Under the pieces are notes generated by a model. The model ran no database searches. It was not told where the DNA came from and worked only from the letters and a program-made list of their open reading frames with translations. A stretch of 29,331 nucleotides of DNA from a virus (taxonomy: Duplodnaviria > Caudoviricetes): IMG/VR virus record IMGVR_UViG_3300032243_001247, positions 1 to 29,331 of that record. One strand, given 5' to 3'. Positions 15,763 through 28,200 of this stretch are shown here, in pieces. The first letter of the stretch is position 1. Every line of letters starts with the position of its first letter. The translations under genes and the position numbers were made by a program.

Positions 15763-18700
15763 ATGGCTTTAACAACTCGTCAAACTAATCTTTTGGTCCA
15801 GCAGGATTGGACCAAAATCTATCAGACATTCCAGTCAGCTGATTTTACCAGCTACGACTTCGAAACACTTCGCAAGACCATGATTGATTACTTGCGTACC
15901 ACTTATCCTGAAGATTTTAACGACTTTACAGACTCTAGTGAATACATTGCCCTGATTGATCTTATTGCGTTCATGGGGCAAAGTCTAGCGTTCCGCGGCG
16001 ATTTAAATGCTAGAGAAAACTTCATTGACACAGCACAACGCCAGGACAGCGTGTTCAAACTGAGCCGCTTGGTGGGTTACAGCCCCAAGCGCAATGTGGC
16101 CGCACAGGGATTCTTAAAAATTGACAATGTCAGTACCACCGAGCAGGTGTTTGACAGCAACGGCACAGACTTGACCAACTTGATTGTGAACTGGAACGAC
16201 AGTGCCAACGAAAATTGGTACGAGCAGATGACTGCCATCATGAATGCCACTTTGGTCAACACACAGGTCATTGGCAAGCCCGGTAGTACGGCCATGATCA
16301 ACAACATACAGACCGACACCTACGGTATCAGTATCATTCCCAAACAAACTCCGGTTTACAGCTTTAATGCCGCAGTTGAAAATCGCACAACTGCATTTGA
16401 AGCAGTCAGTGCCACAACTTCGGGCAAGAGCTATGTGTACGAACCCGGTCCTACACCCCGTAGCATCTTTAATATCCTGTATCGCAACGACAATCTAGGC
16501 AACAACAGCAACAACACCGGCTTCTTTGTGTTCTTTAAGCAAGGCTCGTTGAACAAGATCGATTTCAGTATCACAGACTCAATTCCAAATCGTGCAGTTT
16601 CTATCAATTTCAACAACATCAACAACACCGACACCTGGTTGTATGGCGTCAATGCTCAGGGAGTTGTAAATCAATCTTGGACACAAGTATCAGCAGTGGC
16701 CGGCACAAATGTGATTTACAATCAAACTGCCAACAGATATGTGTATCAGATCAATACTCGTGCCAATGATCAAGTTGACCTGGTGTTTGGTGACGGTGTG
16801 TTTGCAAACTTGCCCACAGGTAACTTTACTTTTTACTATAGACAAAGCAACGGCTTAAACTACAAGATCACACCCAACGAATTAAATCGTGTCAGTATTC
16901 CCATTGCGTATGTGAGTAGAACTGGACGAGTAGAAACACTCACAGTTACAGCCAGCTTGCACTACACCGTGACCAACAGTTCGGCAGCCGAATCGTTGGC
17001 CAATATTAGAACCAACGCACCACAACAATATTACACACAGAATCGCATGATCACCGGCGAAGATTATAATATTTTACCTTTCAGTTTGTTCAACACAGTT
17101 ATCAAAGTCAAAGCAGTGAACCGTACCAGTTCAGGTGTTAGCCGCTTCTTGGATGTGCTTGATGTAACAGGCAAATACAGCAGTACCAATATTTTCTGTG
17201 ATGATGGTTATCTATATCGTGACGCACAGAGCAACGACTCATTCAACTTCACATTTGAAACCATTGGTGATGTGAACGAAATTGTATACGACCGAATTCG
17301 TCCCATAATGAGTTTGCAGAAGCTAACACATTTTAGATACAACACTTCTCCGCGTTATGTGCTAACGGACAACTCGGGTGCTAATCCAGTGTACTGGCAC
17401 AGCCTAACAAATATAACCAATGCTGGTACCGGGCAATTGGTAAACTCTTCAGGTTCTGCATTGAGTTTTGGCAAAGGCGCCAGTGTCAGCGTGGGCAATA
17501 GAAATTATGTCAACGAAGGTGCACTGATCAAATTTACAGCACCTACTGGGCAATTCTTTTCTGCACAAAACACACTCAAAACTGGAGTGGCACAATACCA
17601 AGGTGAAAAGAACTACATCTACGCAACAGTATTGATAGGCACTGGATTAGAAACCAATAGACAGATGTCAATCAATCAACATATTCCCGAAGGAGCAGTG
17701 GTATCAGCAGTTATACCCATGCAGGCCACAGACTTTGCTCTTGACAACAAGGTTAGATTGTATGACAACGAAGTAACTGCTTCTCGCATATCGGCATTGA
17801 TTAGATCGTATCAAAGTTTTGCATTGCGCTATGACCTTGACACACAAACATGGCGTATAATTACTGCTTCCAACATTGACAGCGGCAACAGTTTTAGTTT
17901 GGCCAATGCTGGCAACAACTCGGGAACAGGTTTGGATGCCAGCTGGTTGATAGCAATAATTTACAACAACAATCAATACACAGTGACCAACAGAGGATTG
18001 ACCTATGTGTTTGAGAGTTCCGCAGAAACCACATTCTATTATGATACCAACTTGAAAGTGTATGACAGCAAGTTGGCAAAAACAATACACGACCAAATCA
18101 CCATTCTAAAAATCAATCAACAGGCTGACAGTCAAAGTCCAATTGGTCAAGACATCAAATGGCAAATATACGAAAATATAGTATCGGCCGACGGATACAG
18201 AGATCCGTCTAGGGTATTGGTCACATTCCCAGACAGCAACAATGACGGAGTTCCTGACGATCCTGATCTGTTTGAAACCATTGTGAATCCAACAGTTAAT
18301 CCTATTAGGAAATTGGTATTCTTTAGACAAGTGGTTGATCCCAACAACAATGCATTTATCAATCTAGTGCCACTGGATTCAACTACAGTGGTTGCAGATT
18401 ACGCAACACTGGGCGAAATCAAGTTGGCTGGTGCCAGCTATGTTCCTGGGCAGATTTTTTACGCCATAGGCGAAGATAAATTTTACAATTTGCTCAGCAT
18501 TGGCCCCACAGTGATAAGCTCAGCATTATCTAACTACATAGCCTATGCTGGTCGCCAAAGACTCAGCTTTCAATATCAACACGTAAGTCCCAATAACCGT
18601 CGCATCGACCCAAGTCCAAACAACATCATGGACTTGTTTATATTGACCAAGGACTACTCATCCAGCTTTCAGTCCTGGATACAAGATACCAGCGGAACAG

Positions 18701-19203
18701 TTAAACAGCCTTCTGCACCTACCAACGAAGAGTTGAGCAGTGCATATGGAACATTGAGCAACTACAAAGCACTCAGCGACACAATTGTGTATAATCCGGC
18801 CAAATTCAAACCGCTATTTGGCGACAAAGCTGATGTGAGTTTACGAGCAACCTTTAAGGTTGTAGCCAATCCCAACTTGGTCACAAGCGAAAGTGAAATC
18901 AAGAGCGCAGTGATTGCAGCCATCAACTCTTACTTTGACATCAACAATTGGGACTTTGGTGAAACATTTTACTTCAGTGAATTGAGTGCTTACCTGCATC
19001 AAAAGTTAACTCCCATGGTGGCCAGTATCATCATTGTACCAGCAGATCCTAGAATACAGTTTGGTGCCATGTATCAAGTCAACTGCGACTCAAACGAAAT
19101 TATAACCAGTGCTGCCACGGTTAATAATGTAGAAGTCATTGCCTCTATCACAGCAAACCACCTGAATCAAACCAACAGCTCTAGCGCACAACTCGGAATT
19201 TAA
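15763..19203 (+). CDS. gp6: Baseplate wedge protein, gp6-like (baseplate J family), enlarged
   Basis: DFETLRKTMIDYL...FNDF..SSEYIALIDLIAF...ENFIDTA, LVFGDGVF, ESLANIRTNAPQQYYTQNRMITGEDY, C-terminal WDFGETFYFSEL. Follows gp25. Confidence 0.88.
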   Translation: MALTTRQTNLLVQQDWTKIYQTFQSADFTSYDFETLRKTMIDYLRTTYPEDFNDFTDSSEYIALIDLIAFMGQSLAFRGDLNARENFIDTAQRQDSVFKLSRLVGYSPKRNVAAQGFLKIDNVSTTEQVFDSNGTDLTNLIVNWNDSANENWYEQMTAIMNATLVNTQVIGKPGSTAMINNIQTDTYGISIIPKQTPVYSFNAAVENRTTAFEAVSATTSGKSYVYEPGPTPRSIFNILYRNDNLGNNSNNTGFFVFFKQGSLNKIDFSITDSIPNRAVSINFNNINNTDTWLYGVNAQGVVNQSWTQVSAVAGTNVIYNQTANRYVYQINTRANDQVDLVFGDGVFANLPTGNFTFYYRQSNGLNYKITPNELNRVSIPIAYVSRTGRVETLTVTASLHYTVTNSSAAESLANIRTNAPQQYYTQNRMITGEDYNILPFSLFNTVIKVKAVNRTSSGVSRFLDVLDVTGKYSSTNIFCDDGYLYRDAQSNDSFNFTFETIGDVNEIVYDRIRPIMSLQKLTHFRYNTSPRYVLTDNSGANPVYWHSLTNITNAGTGQLVNSSGSALSFGKGASVSVGNRNYVNEGALIKFTAPTGQFFSAQNTLKTGVAQYQGEKNYIYATVLIGTGLETNRQMSINQHIPEGAVVSAVIPMQATDFALDNKVRLYDNEVTASRISALIRSYQSFALRYDLDTQTWRIITASNIDSGNSFSLANAGNNSGTGLDASWLIAIIYNNNQYTVTNRGLTYVFESSAETTFYYDTNLKVYDSKLAKTIHDQITILKINQQADSQSPIGQDIKWQIYENIVSADGYRDPSRVLVTFPDSNNDGVPDDPDLFETIVNPTVNPIRKLVFFRQVVDPNNNAFINLVPLDSTTVVADYATLGEIKLAGASYVPGQIFYAIGEDKFYNLLSIGPTVISSALSNYIAYAGRQRLSFQYQHVSPNNRRIDPSPNNIMDLFILTKDYSSSFQSWIQDTSGTVKQPSAPTNEELSSAYGTLSNYKALSDTIVYNPAKFKPLFGDKADVSLRATFKVVANPNLVTSESEIKSAVIAAINSYFDINNWDFGETFYFSELSAYLHQKLTPMVASIIIVPADPRIQFGAMYQVNCDSNEIITSAATVNNVEVIASITANHLNQTNSSSAQLGI

Positions 19204-19206
19204 TAC

Positions 19207-22200
19207 ATGGCCATCAACAGTAGCACTTTAAAATTCTTACCAGCAATTTTTCAGACTGACACAAACGAGAAGTTTTTAAATGCCACCCTGGATCAACTGA
19301 CAGCCGATGCTGACCTGCGTCGCGTCAATGGCTATATTGGTCGCAAATTTGCACCCACTTACAAGACCACAGACAACTACATTGCTGAACCCACCGCGGC
19401 CAGACAAAACTATCAGCTAGAGCCATCTGTGGTTGTGCAAGACAAACAAGCTGGCACGGTCAGCCTGTTTTCAACCTACATCGACCTGATCCAACAAATA
19501 AACACACTGGGCGGCAACACCACAGACCACAGCAGACTGTTTGCCAACGAAAGCTACACATTCAGCGGACTGTTTGATTTTGACAAGTTTGGCAACTACA
19601 ACAACTACTACTGGTTGCCTGACGGTCCAGCGGCAGTGGATGTGTATGCAGGAACAGTTGACACAGCAGAAACATTCACAGTTACACGAAATTTGGCAGC
19701 CAATGGATATAATTTTTCAGGCAAAGGTGCAGGCGCTAATCCTGTGCTGACTTTGGCTCGCGGCGGCACATACAAGTTTAACCTGGGACAACAAGGCAAC
19801 CGCTTTTGGATTCAATCTGAGCCTGGTATTGCAGGCACAATGGCCACACAGTCCAATGTCAGCACACGCAATGTTTATGGTGTGTCCGGCAACGGCGCCA
19901 GTGTTGGTCAAGTAGTGTTCTCGGTGCCCAGAAGCACAGCACAAGATTACTATAGCAAAATGACACAGGCAGCCTCAGTTGACATTGCCACAACATTTAG
20001 TTATAAACAAATACAACATCAAATGTTGAGTGTGCTGTTGGCACAGCATCCAGATGTATTTGACGGCGTGGTAACAAACCTAAACAAAAAATCTTTAATC
20101 TTTGTCAACACTGACATTGATGATGCACTATGGGAAACTCCCGGCATATTTGATAAAACTGGTGAGCCATATGATTCAACTGTGTACGATCCCGGTGACA
20201 TTGTGGCGGATTCGCATCGCAGAGGCAGTTGGATAATTGATCTACAACCATCAGACGATGACGATTATTTGGTAGTATTGACTCCGGACAACCAAGTACT
20301 GCCCAATCAACGAGTGTATGTGGCCAGTGGTTTGACCAACGCTAATCAAAATTACTGGCTCGAGCGCACCCAATTCTATTCGTTGGTGCCCGAAAACACA
20401 GCCGCATTAAATAGACTGTACTATCAAGATGGATCAGATCCCAACCTGTTTGGTGTTATTGAAATTGTTGAAGCCGACGGATACAGCATTGATGTCAACA
20501 ACAACATCATTGGGCAACGAGCCTACACCAGTCCAAACGGTGTGATATTCACCAATGGATTAAAAGTTCGCTTTGACAACACAGTGGCCGATACAGCCTA
20601 CATTGACAATGAGTATTATGTTGAAGGAGTAGGTACCAGCATAGCATTGGTCAAGGTTACAGACCTAGTAACACCTGAAGCCTATGCAGCCAATGGTATC
20701 AACACACTGGACTACATTACCATCAACAGAGACAGCATTGATCACAATGCCTGGAGTCGTAGTAATCGTTGGTTTCACATTGATGTGATACAGGCCGCTG
20801 CCAAGTACAACAACACAGTGGCATCACCGGATCAAGCATATCGTGCTCAACGCCCTATCATTGAATTTGAAGGACATCTACAACTGTTCAATGCCGGCCG
20901 TGTGGCTAAAACGCCGGTAGATCTACTGGTCAACGGAAATGTCATAACAGATGTTATGACTCAAGTTGAAGGTTACCCAACCATGGGCAACAGCTATGTC
21001 ACCGTTAGTGGCATTACCTTTGCTGATGGACAGCGTGTAATTTTTGCTGACGATAACGATCTTGGCATAAGAAATTCTATTTTTGTAGTAAGTGTAATAG
21101 ACACCACAGGCGGTAGTTATGCCGATAGAAAACTACATTTAACTTTAGCAGATGACTATGAAGTGTTGGAAGGTAATTGTATAAATATCACCAGTGGTGC
21201 AAACGCAGGACTGAATTTCTGGTACAACGGCTCAACTTGGGCACAAGGACAACTAAAAACCAAAGTAAATCAATCGCCGTTGTTTGACATAGTGGATGCC
21301 ACGGGCACTAGTCTTGGCGATATAGCAACATACCCAATCAGTAGTTTTACTGGAACTGCTGTATTTTCCTACAAAGTTGGCACCGCAGCCAACGACAAGG
21401 TGTTGGGATTTCCGTTGAGTTATAGAAACTTCAACAGCATCGGAGACATACAATTCATCAACAATTTTGACACCGAAGCAGTGACCTACGCCAGCGGAAC
21501 CAGCACAGTATCGGTGCCAGTCAATTACAACTTCTTAAAGCAAAATACCAACATATCAGAATACAAGAACAGAAATATTTGGGTCAAAAACAACGAAAAT
21601 ACCAAACAGTATCAGATATTTTCTTATGCTTATAATGGTAGTACCAACTATTTCCCTGTGGATATTGCGCCCGAAGCTGAAACAGTTGTCCCTTACACCA
21701 AAGTTTTTCTCAACAATCAACTGCTAAAAAGCAGTAACTACTCGTACACTCTGGTGGGCAGTAGACCCACTGTTAGAGTTGATTATCAACTGTTAAACAA
21801 CAATGACAAAATTGATATTTTGATCTACAGCAAATCTGTGAGCAAGACCGGCTATTATGAAATACCCAACAGCCTGGACTACAACAGCAAGAACAGCAAT
21901 TTCTCTTCGCTAACACTGGGGCAAATTAGAAATCACATCACAAAGATCAAAGAAAATACCAAATTGGCTGTGGAAGTTGGCAGCACTTTCTCCGGATTGC
22001 GTGATATCAGCTACAAAAACAACGGCGGCAATATTGTGCAACAAAGTGCTCCGGCCATGTACAGCAATATTTTCCTAACAGACAAAAACTTAAACTTTGC
22101 ACAGGGCATAGATTATGCCGCAAAAGAGTATACTCGCTTCAAAAACAAGTTCCTTGAGTTGGCAACCAAGTTGGAGGCTGTTGATCCAAATGATGTGGCA

Positions 22201-25200
22201 GCCAGTGTTGATGCAATATTAAAAAGCATAAATGTTATTAAAAACAAAACATTTCCTTGGTACTACAGCGACATGGTTCCTTACGGGGACAATGCCAACA
22301 TAATCAACTACAGCATTATTAATCCGCTGACCAAACAATACGAAATCACACAAGTATTTGTTGATATAGAACTAAGCAACCTTGCTGTGTTAGTTTACTT
22401 GAATGGAGTACAACTGGTCAACGGTGTTGATTTTGTATTCCCACAAGATCGTAGTGCAATTATACTTGATGACTCTATCACATTGACTGCTGGCGACTCG
22501 TTGAAGATTGTTGAGTACTACAACACCGACGGCAGCTTTGTGCCAGAGACCCCCAGCAAACTGGGCTTGTATCCAAAGTTTGCACCGCAACAATTCGTGG
22601 ATTACAGTTATATCACACCAGTAGAAGTGATACAAGGACACGACGGATCAATCACACCAGTGTTCAACGATGTGCGCGACAGTCTGTTGTTGGAATTGGA
22701 AAAACGCATTTATAACAATATCAAAATCAACTATGAAACACACATATTTGATTTGTATGATCACTTGCCTGGCAAATTCAGAAACAACGAGTATACTTTG
22801 ACTGAATTCAACCAGATCCTGAGCAACAAGTTTTTGCGCTGGGTTGGTGATAACAAAGTTGATTACAGTACCAATAACTATTTTGAGTCAGGCAATGCTT
22901 GGACTTGGAACTATAAGAAATTCAAAGACCGTGTAGACGGAAGCACACTGCCTGGCACCTGGCGTGCCATCTTCAGTTACTTCTTTGACACATATCGTCC
23001 CAACACACACCCTTGGGAAATGTTGGGCTTTGGTCAAAAGCCCACCTGGTGGGAGGACCGGTATGGTCCAGCACCTTACACAGGCAGTAACCGATTGCTA
23101 TGGGAAGATCTTGAAGCCGGCTATATTCATGCTGGAACAAAAGCCGGCATAGACAAACGCTTTGCTCGTCCAGGCCTGAGTCAAGTGATTCCGGTTGATG
23201 ACTACGGTAGTCTACTGAGTCCTGAGAAATGGGTAACAGCCACGTTTGACAGCCTAAAAGCCAACAGCAGTTATAGCGTGGGTGATCAGGGTCCTGTAGA
23301 GTTTGCCTGGAGAACCAGTAGTTATTTTCCTTATGCTATGCAATATGCCTTGGCCTTGAGCAAGCCTGGCTACTACTTTGGCAGTCTGATCAATGTTGAC
23401 CGCTATTATCGTAACACCATCATTGACCAGCTGGTCAACAAAGACACACATCAACGCATCACCCCCGATACTGTGGTCATCAACGGTGATACCACTACAG
23501 GCACTGCTACTCGTAGTGCTGGTTATTTGAACTGGATCAGGGACTATGTGTTGAGCTTGGGCATAGACCCAACTGTGTTGCTGAAAACTTACTTGAACAC
23601 AGTCAACATCCAACTTGGCTACAAAGTGGGTGGATATACGGATAAAAATTTCATTGAAGTGTTGGCTGAACAAGGGTCGCCGACCAATACCAGCAACAGT
23701 ATTATTATCCCAACAGAAAATTACAGCGTACAGTTAAATGCCAGCACACCCATTCGCAAGGCCGTGTACAGCGCCGTGGTGGTTGAGCGTAGTTCAAATG
23801 GATTCACTGTCAACGGCTATAATCAAAACAGTCCATACTTTACCATTATACCCAGTTTGGCCAACAACAATTTCTACATAGTAGAAGCACTGAAACGCCG
23901 TGGCGTGATTTACAAAGATTATCAACCTGTTAAACTGACTGTGCCCTATGGATTTGAATTCAACACCGAACAAGAAGTGGTTGACTTCCTGGTCAGCTAT
24001 GGCCGTTATTTGACAGCACAGGGATTCAAGTTTGAAACTCAAGATGACAACCTGGGCGAAACTCGCAACTGGGTGTTGAGTGCAAAAGAATTTTTAAATT
24101 GGGCACAACAAGGATGGCAACCTGGCAGTATTATTGTGTTGAGTCCAGTTTACAACGAATTGGTAAACATACAGCCCGACGGTGTGATTGGCACAATTGA
24201 AAATACTCCCAATGGCACAAAGGTATTGGATCAAAATAGCAATTTTATCAATAATACACAATTTACAGAAAGTCGCATTGGCAACAGGTTTGTGTTAAAC
24301 AGCCTGTCAGATCAGACCATTTGTCTGGCCGACTTTACTGTTATACAGTACGAACATGCCATCCTGTTTGACAATGTCACGGTGTTCAATGATATTTTGT
24401 ATGTGCCTGAACTGGGCAATAGACAGTATAGACTAAAACTGATTGGCAGTAAAACAGGGTCGTGGACCGGCACAATGAGCCCTCCTGGATTTGTTTACAA
24501 CAGCACACAGGTTGATCCATGGCAACCAGGTGTTGATTACCTGTTGGGCAGTATTGTTCAGTACAAAAACTTGTACTATACCGCACTGGACAATATCACA
24601 GCCAGTGCAGAATTTGTGCAAAATAAACAATGGCGCCAAATAAATCACAGCAATATCAAGACTGGACTACTGCCTAATTTTTCTTACAATGCCACCAGAC
24701 TGGAGCAGGTATACGACGTTGACAACTTGCCCAGCGACATGACATTTGAAGGCTACGGAACCAGCCTGATTGGATTCCGCAAGCGCGGCTATCTAAGTAA
24801 CTTTGGTCTAGATGAAACCAGTCAAGTGAAGTTTTTCCAAGGCTTCATCAAAGAAAAAGGCACATTGAATGCCATCACTGGTTTGACCAATGCCAAAGTC
24901 AACGAATGGGCTGGTGGCATAGATATCTATGAAGAATGGGCATTGCGTGTTGGTGAGTATGGATCTTTAAACAGCGATCAAGTAGTTGAATTGATCTTGG
25001 ATGAAACTGTGGTCACAGCCAATCCAGCGGCCATAGAATTGCTAAACAACGGAGACATTGAAACTTTATCCAGTGTGGTCAAGTTCCATCCCACAGATCT
25101 ATACCGAGCACCTGCCAATTTCCAGAAAAACATATTCTTCAATCGCAACGAGTTGGCCGACACAGTCAGCGACATACAAACAGCAGGATATGCCAGTTTG

Positions 25201-28200
25201 ACCGATGTAGATGATACACTATTCAGTTTTACAACCTACGGCAGTCTCGACACAGTGCTCAACAAGATAGGCCCTGGATATCACATATGGGTGGCCAAAG
25301 ATTATACCAACAACTGGAATGTTTATCGAATCACAGAAACACAAATAAATGTCACCAGTTTGGTCTACAACATTGACAATTTGATGACAGTGAACTTCAG
25401 CGCAGATCCCATGTTGACCGCAGGCGATGTGTTTGCAATCAAGGCATTTGATTCAAGGTTAGATGGATTTTACCAGGTCTATGCTGTGAATGGACTGACC
25501 AGTGTACAAGTGGCCATTACCAATACTGCAACTGTTGCAACCAGTACCGGAGTAGACAACTCTAGAACCAGCACAGTAAAAGAACTCAAAACCATAAATG
25601 GCTACGGAGTATACTACAAACTTCAATCAGTTAGATTGAACAGTCTAATAGAAGCCAATGGCATTATTCCTTTAAACGGATGGGAATCCGGGGACAAGTT
25701 ATGGGTTGATCACACCACTGTGGAAAACGACTGGGGTGTGTTTGAAAAAGTTGATGCTTGGACACCTTTATCCAAGGCTGTCACAGACGAAGCCGCCAGT
25801 GCAAATGCAAATTTTGGCACTACCATTACCAGTAGCAAGTTGGCCAACAACTTCTTTGTCGGATCACCAAACTACAGCAACAGCAATGGCTCTACCGGCA
25901 TAGTCAAAACATTTTCTAGAACAGGAACAAAAGTAACACAGACCAGTAAGTTTGATCCAAGATCCAGCTCAGTGGGCCGTTACGGTCAAGCAATCACAGC
26001 ATCAGACTATGTGGTAGCAGTTGGTGCGCCAACTAGCAACACCAACCGAGGCTATGTGTATGTACACACCTTGTCCACTGGAACTCTGCAAATCTTAACC
26101 AGCAATGTGGCCGCTGTCGGTGATTTCTTTGGCAATGCTGTGGCCATTGGTGATAACAATGATTGGTTATATGTTGGCGCTCCAGGTGTAAATTCTGTTT
26201 ATGTATATAATCTTCAGGACAGCATTGCCACCCGGAGCAACACTGTCACATACACCACCACTTTGGTTGCCAATGTGACCAGCGGCAATGCCAACATCAC
26301 GGTGAGTTATCCATCGTCCATTGATATCAATAGAATTTTTAACGGAACCACAGTAACTGGACCCAATCTGCCAAGCGGAACCACAGTGGTATCAGTAAAC
26401 GGCAATTCAATACTGCTGTCCCAGCCAGCATCGGCCACATCAAACTATGACACGGTAGTTGTCACATCCAACACCTGTCAATTGAGCTATACACCGGCCA
26501 GCAAATATGCATTAGAAATCAGCGATCAATACAACAATTACATTGTGGATGTTGATTTTACACTGAGTGGAAACACCATTACATTTGCAAATCCTCCTGT
26601 TGATGCAACCAAAATCTCTATCTTGCAGGCAAATTACTACACGCCAACTGGTCGAGTAGTAATACCCACCGATGTGGTTGCCGGCGACGGATTCGGCGAA
26701 GCAGTACAAACCACCGATGATGGCAAAACACTATTTGTTGGTGCGCCAGGTCAAAACAGCAACGCAGGTGCAGTTTACATATACAAATTGTTTGAAGAAA
26801 ACTACAACAGCAACTTGGACAACTTGTATGTGTCGGCCAAGTCATTTGGCACATATACCAAAGTCTATGTGGACGATGTACTGCAAGTGCCTGGTCTATA
26901 CACAGTGACCAGTGGCATTAGACTCAGTTTTGTGACACCATTGACACTGGGACATGTGGTCACCATTGTGAGCGATCAGTGGGTGTTGGTACAGAAGATC
27001 ACAGAACCCAATGCCGCTGCCGGCAACCGATTCGGCAGTTTGATCACCATTGACCATATCATGGGATCTGCGTTCTATGTGTCTGCCCCCAACACAGCAC
27101 AGACCACCAAGGAAACTGGTGCAGTATACAGATACTCAGACACAGCCAAAATCACTGGATCGGTGGTGGCTGCCAACTATCCCGACTATATCAAACGATC
27201 AGTGATCAACGGCAACACATTCAACAGCAACATTGGAATCTACATCAACAATTACTTTGTTGATTTGAGTTCTGCTGTAGAAACAACAAATCAGTACGAT
27301 ACTGCAACTCCTCCCAACCTGGTAACTCCAGCAGGTTATGCATATCCAGATGTGTGCGTGTCCTTGATCAACTTGGCCAGAATACCATCAGTCAGTGCCA
27401 CAGTGATACCAGATGGATTCTTTGCCATCACCAGTTCACGCAAGAATAACAACAACAAACTGGCCATCAGACCCAATGGATCAAATCTATTGGACACCAT
27501 TGGGCTATCGGTCTATAACTTGGATCAGGTAATCAAGCATCCTGCTGGATCGCTGGGCATTGGTTTTGCATCTGCAATCAAATACAGCCCCGACACAGAG
27601 ACCCTGCTGATATCCAGTACACAAGACAGTGTTTACTATGTGTCTGAAATTGACACAGGTAAAACCACATTCGACCGTAGATCTACCAGACCCATTGATG
27701 CTGTTAAATCCACCGGCTCAGTTTACATGTACGAGATGTTGTACGACATCAATACCGGAACTGTCAATACCGGAACAATGAGCTATGTGCAACACATCAA
27801 GTCAGACTCGTTGAAACTGAACGACCAATTTGGATCCTGTGTTGAAGTCAACAAAGATCTACTATTGGTTGGGTCGCCTGGCAATGACAGTGTGGCCACA
27901 AATGCCGGTGCGGTGTATGTTTACACAAATATTGATCAGAAAAAGAATTGGACACAGATACGCAACAGAGAAGCTCGCGTTGACCTCAATAACATCAACA
28001 AATTGTTCATATACGATAAGCTCACAAATTTGATCAATACCAGCTTGGACTACATAGATCCAGTCAAGGGCAAAATATTAGGCATCGCAGAACAAGAACT
28101 AGATTTCAAAACAGCATTAGATCCTGCTGTGTACAATGCAGGTACCAAAGCCGGTGTAGCATTCAACAATGGTTATCACTGGAATGAAAGATACGTTGGT

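Noticed and set aside
7629-19203. Bacterial eCIS/T6SS or tailocin locus
   Set aside because: The gp55-like sigma, gp46/47, TAAATA promoters and absence of host or T6SS membrane genes point to a phage genome.
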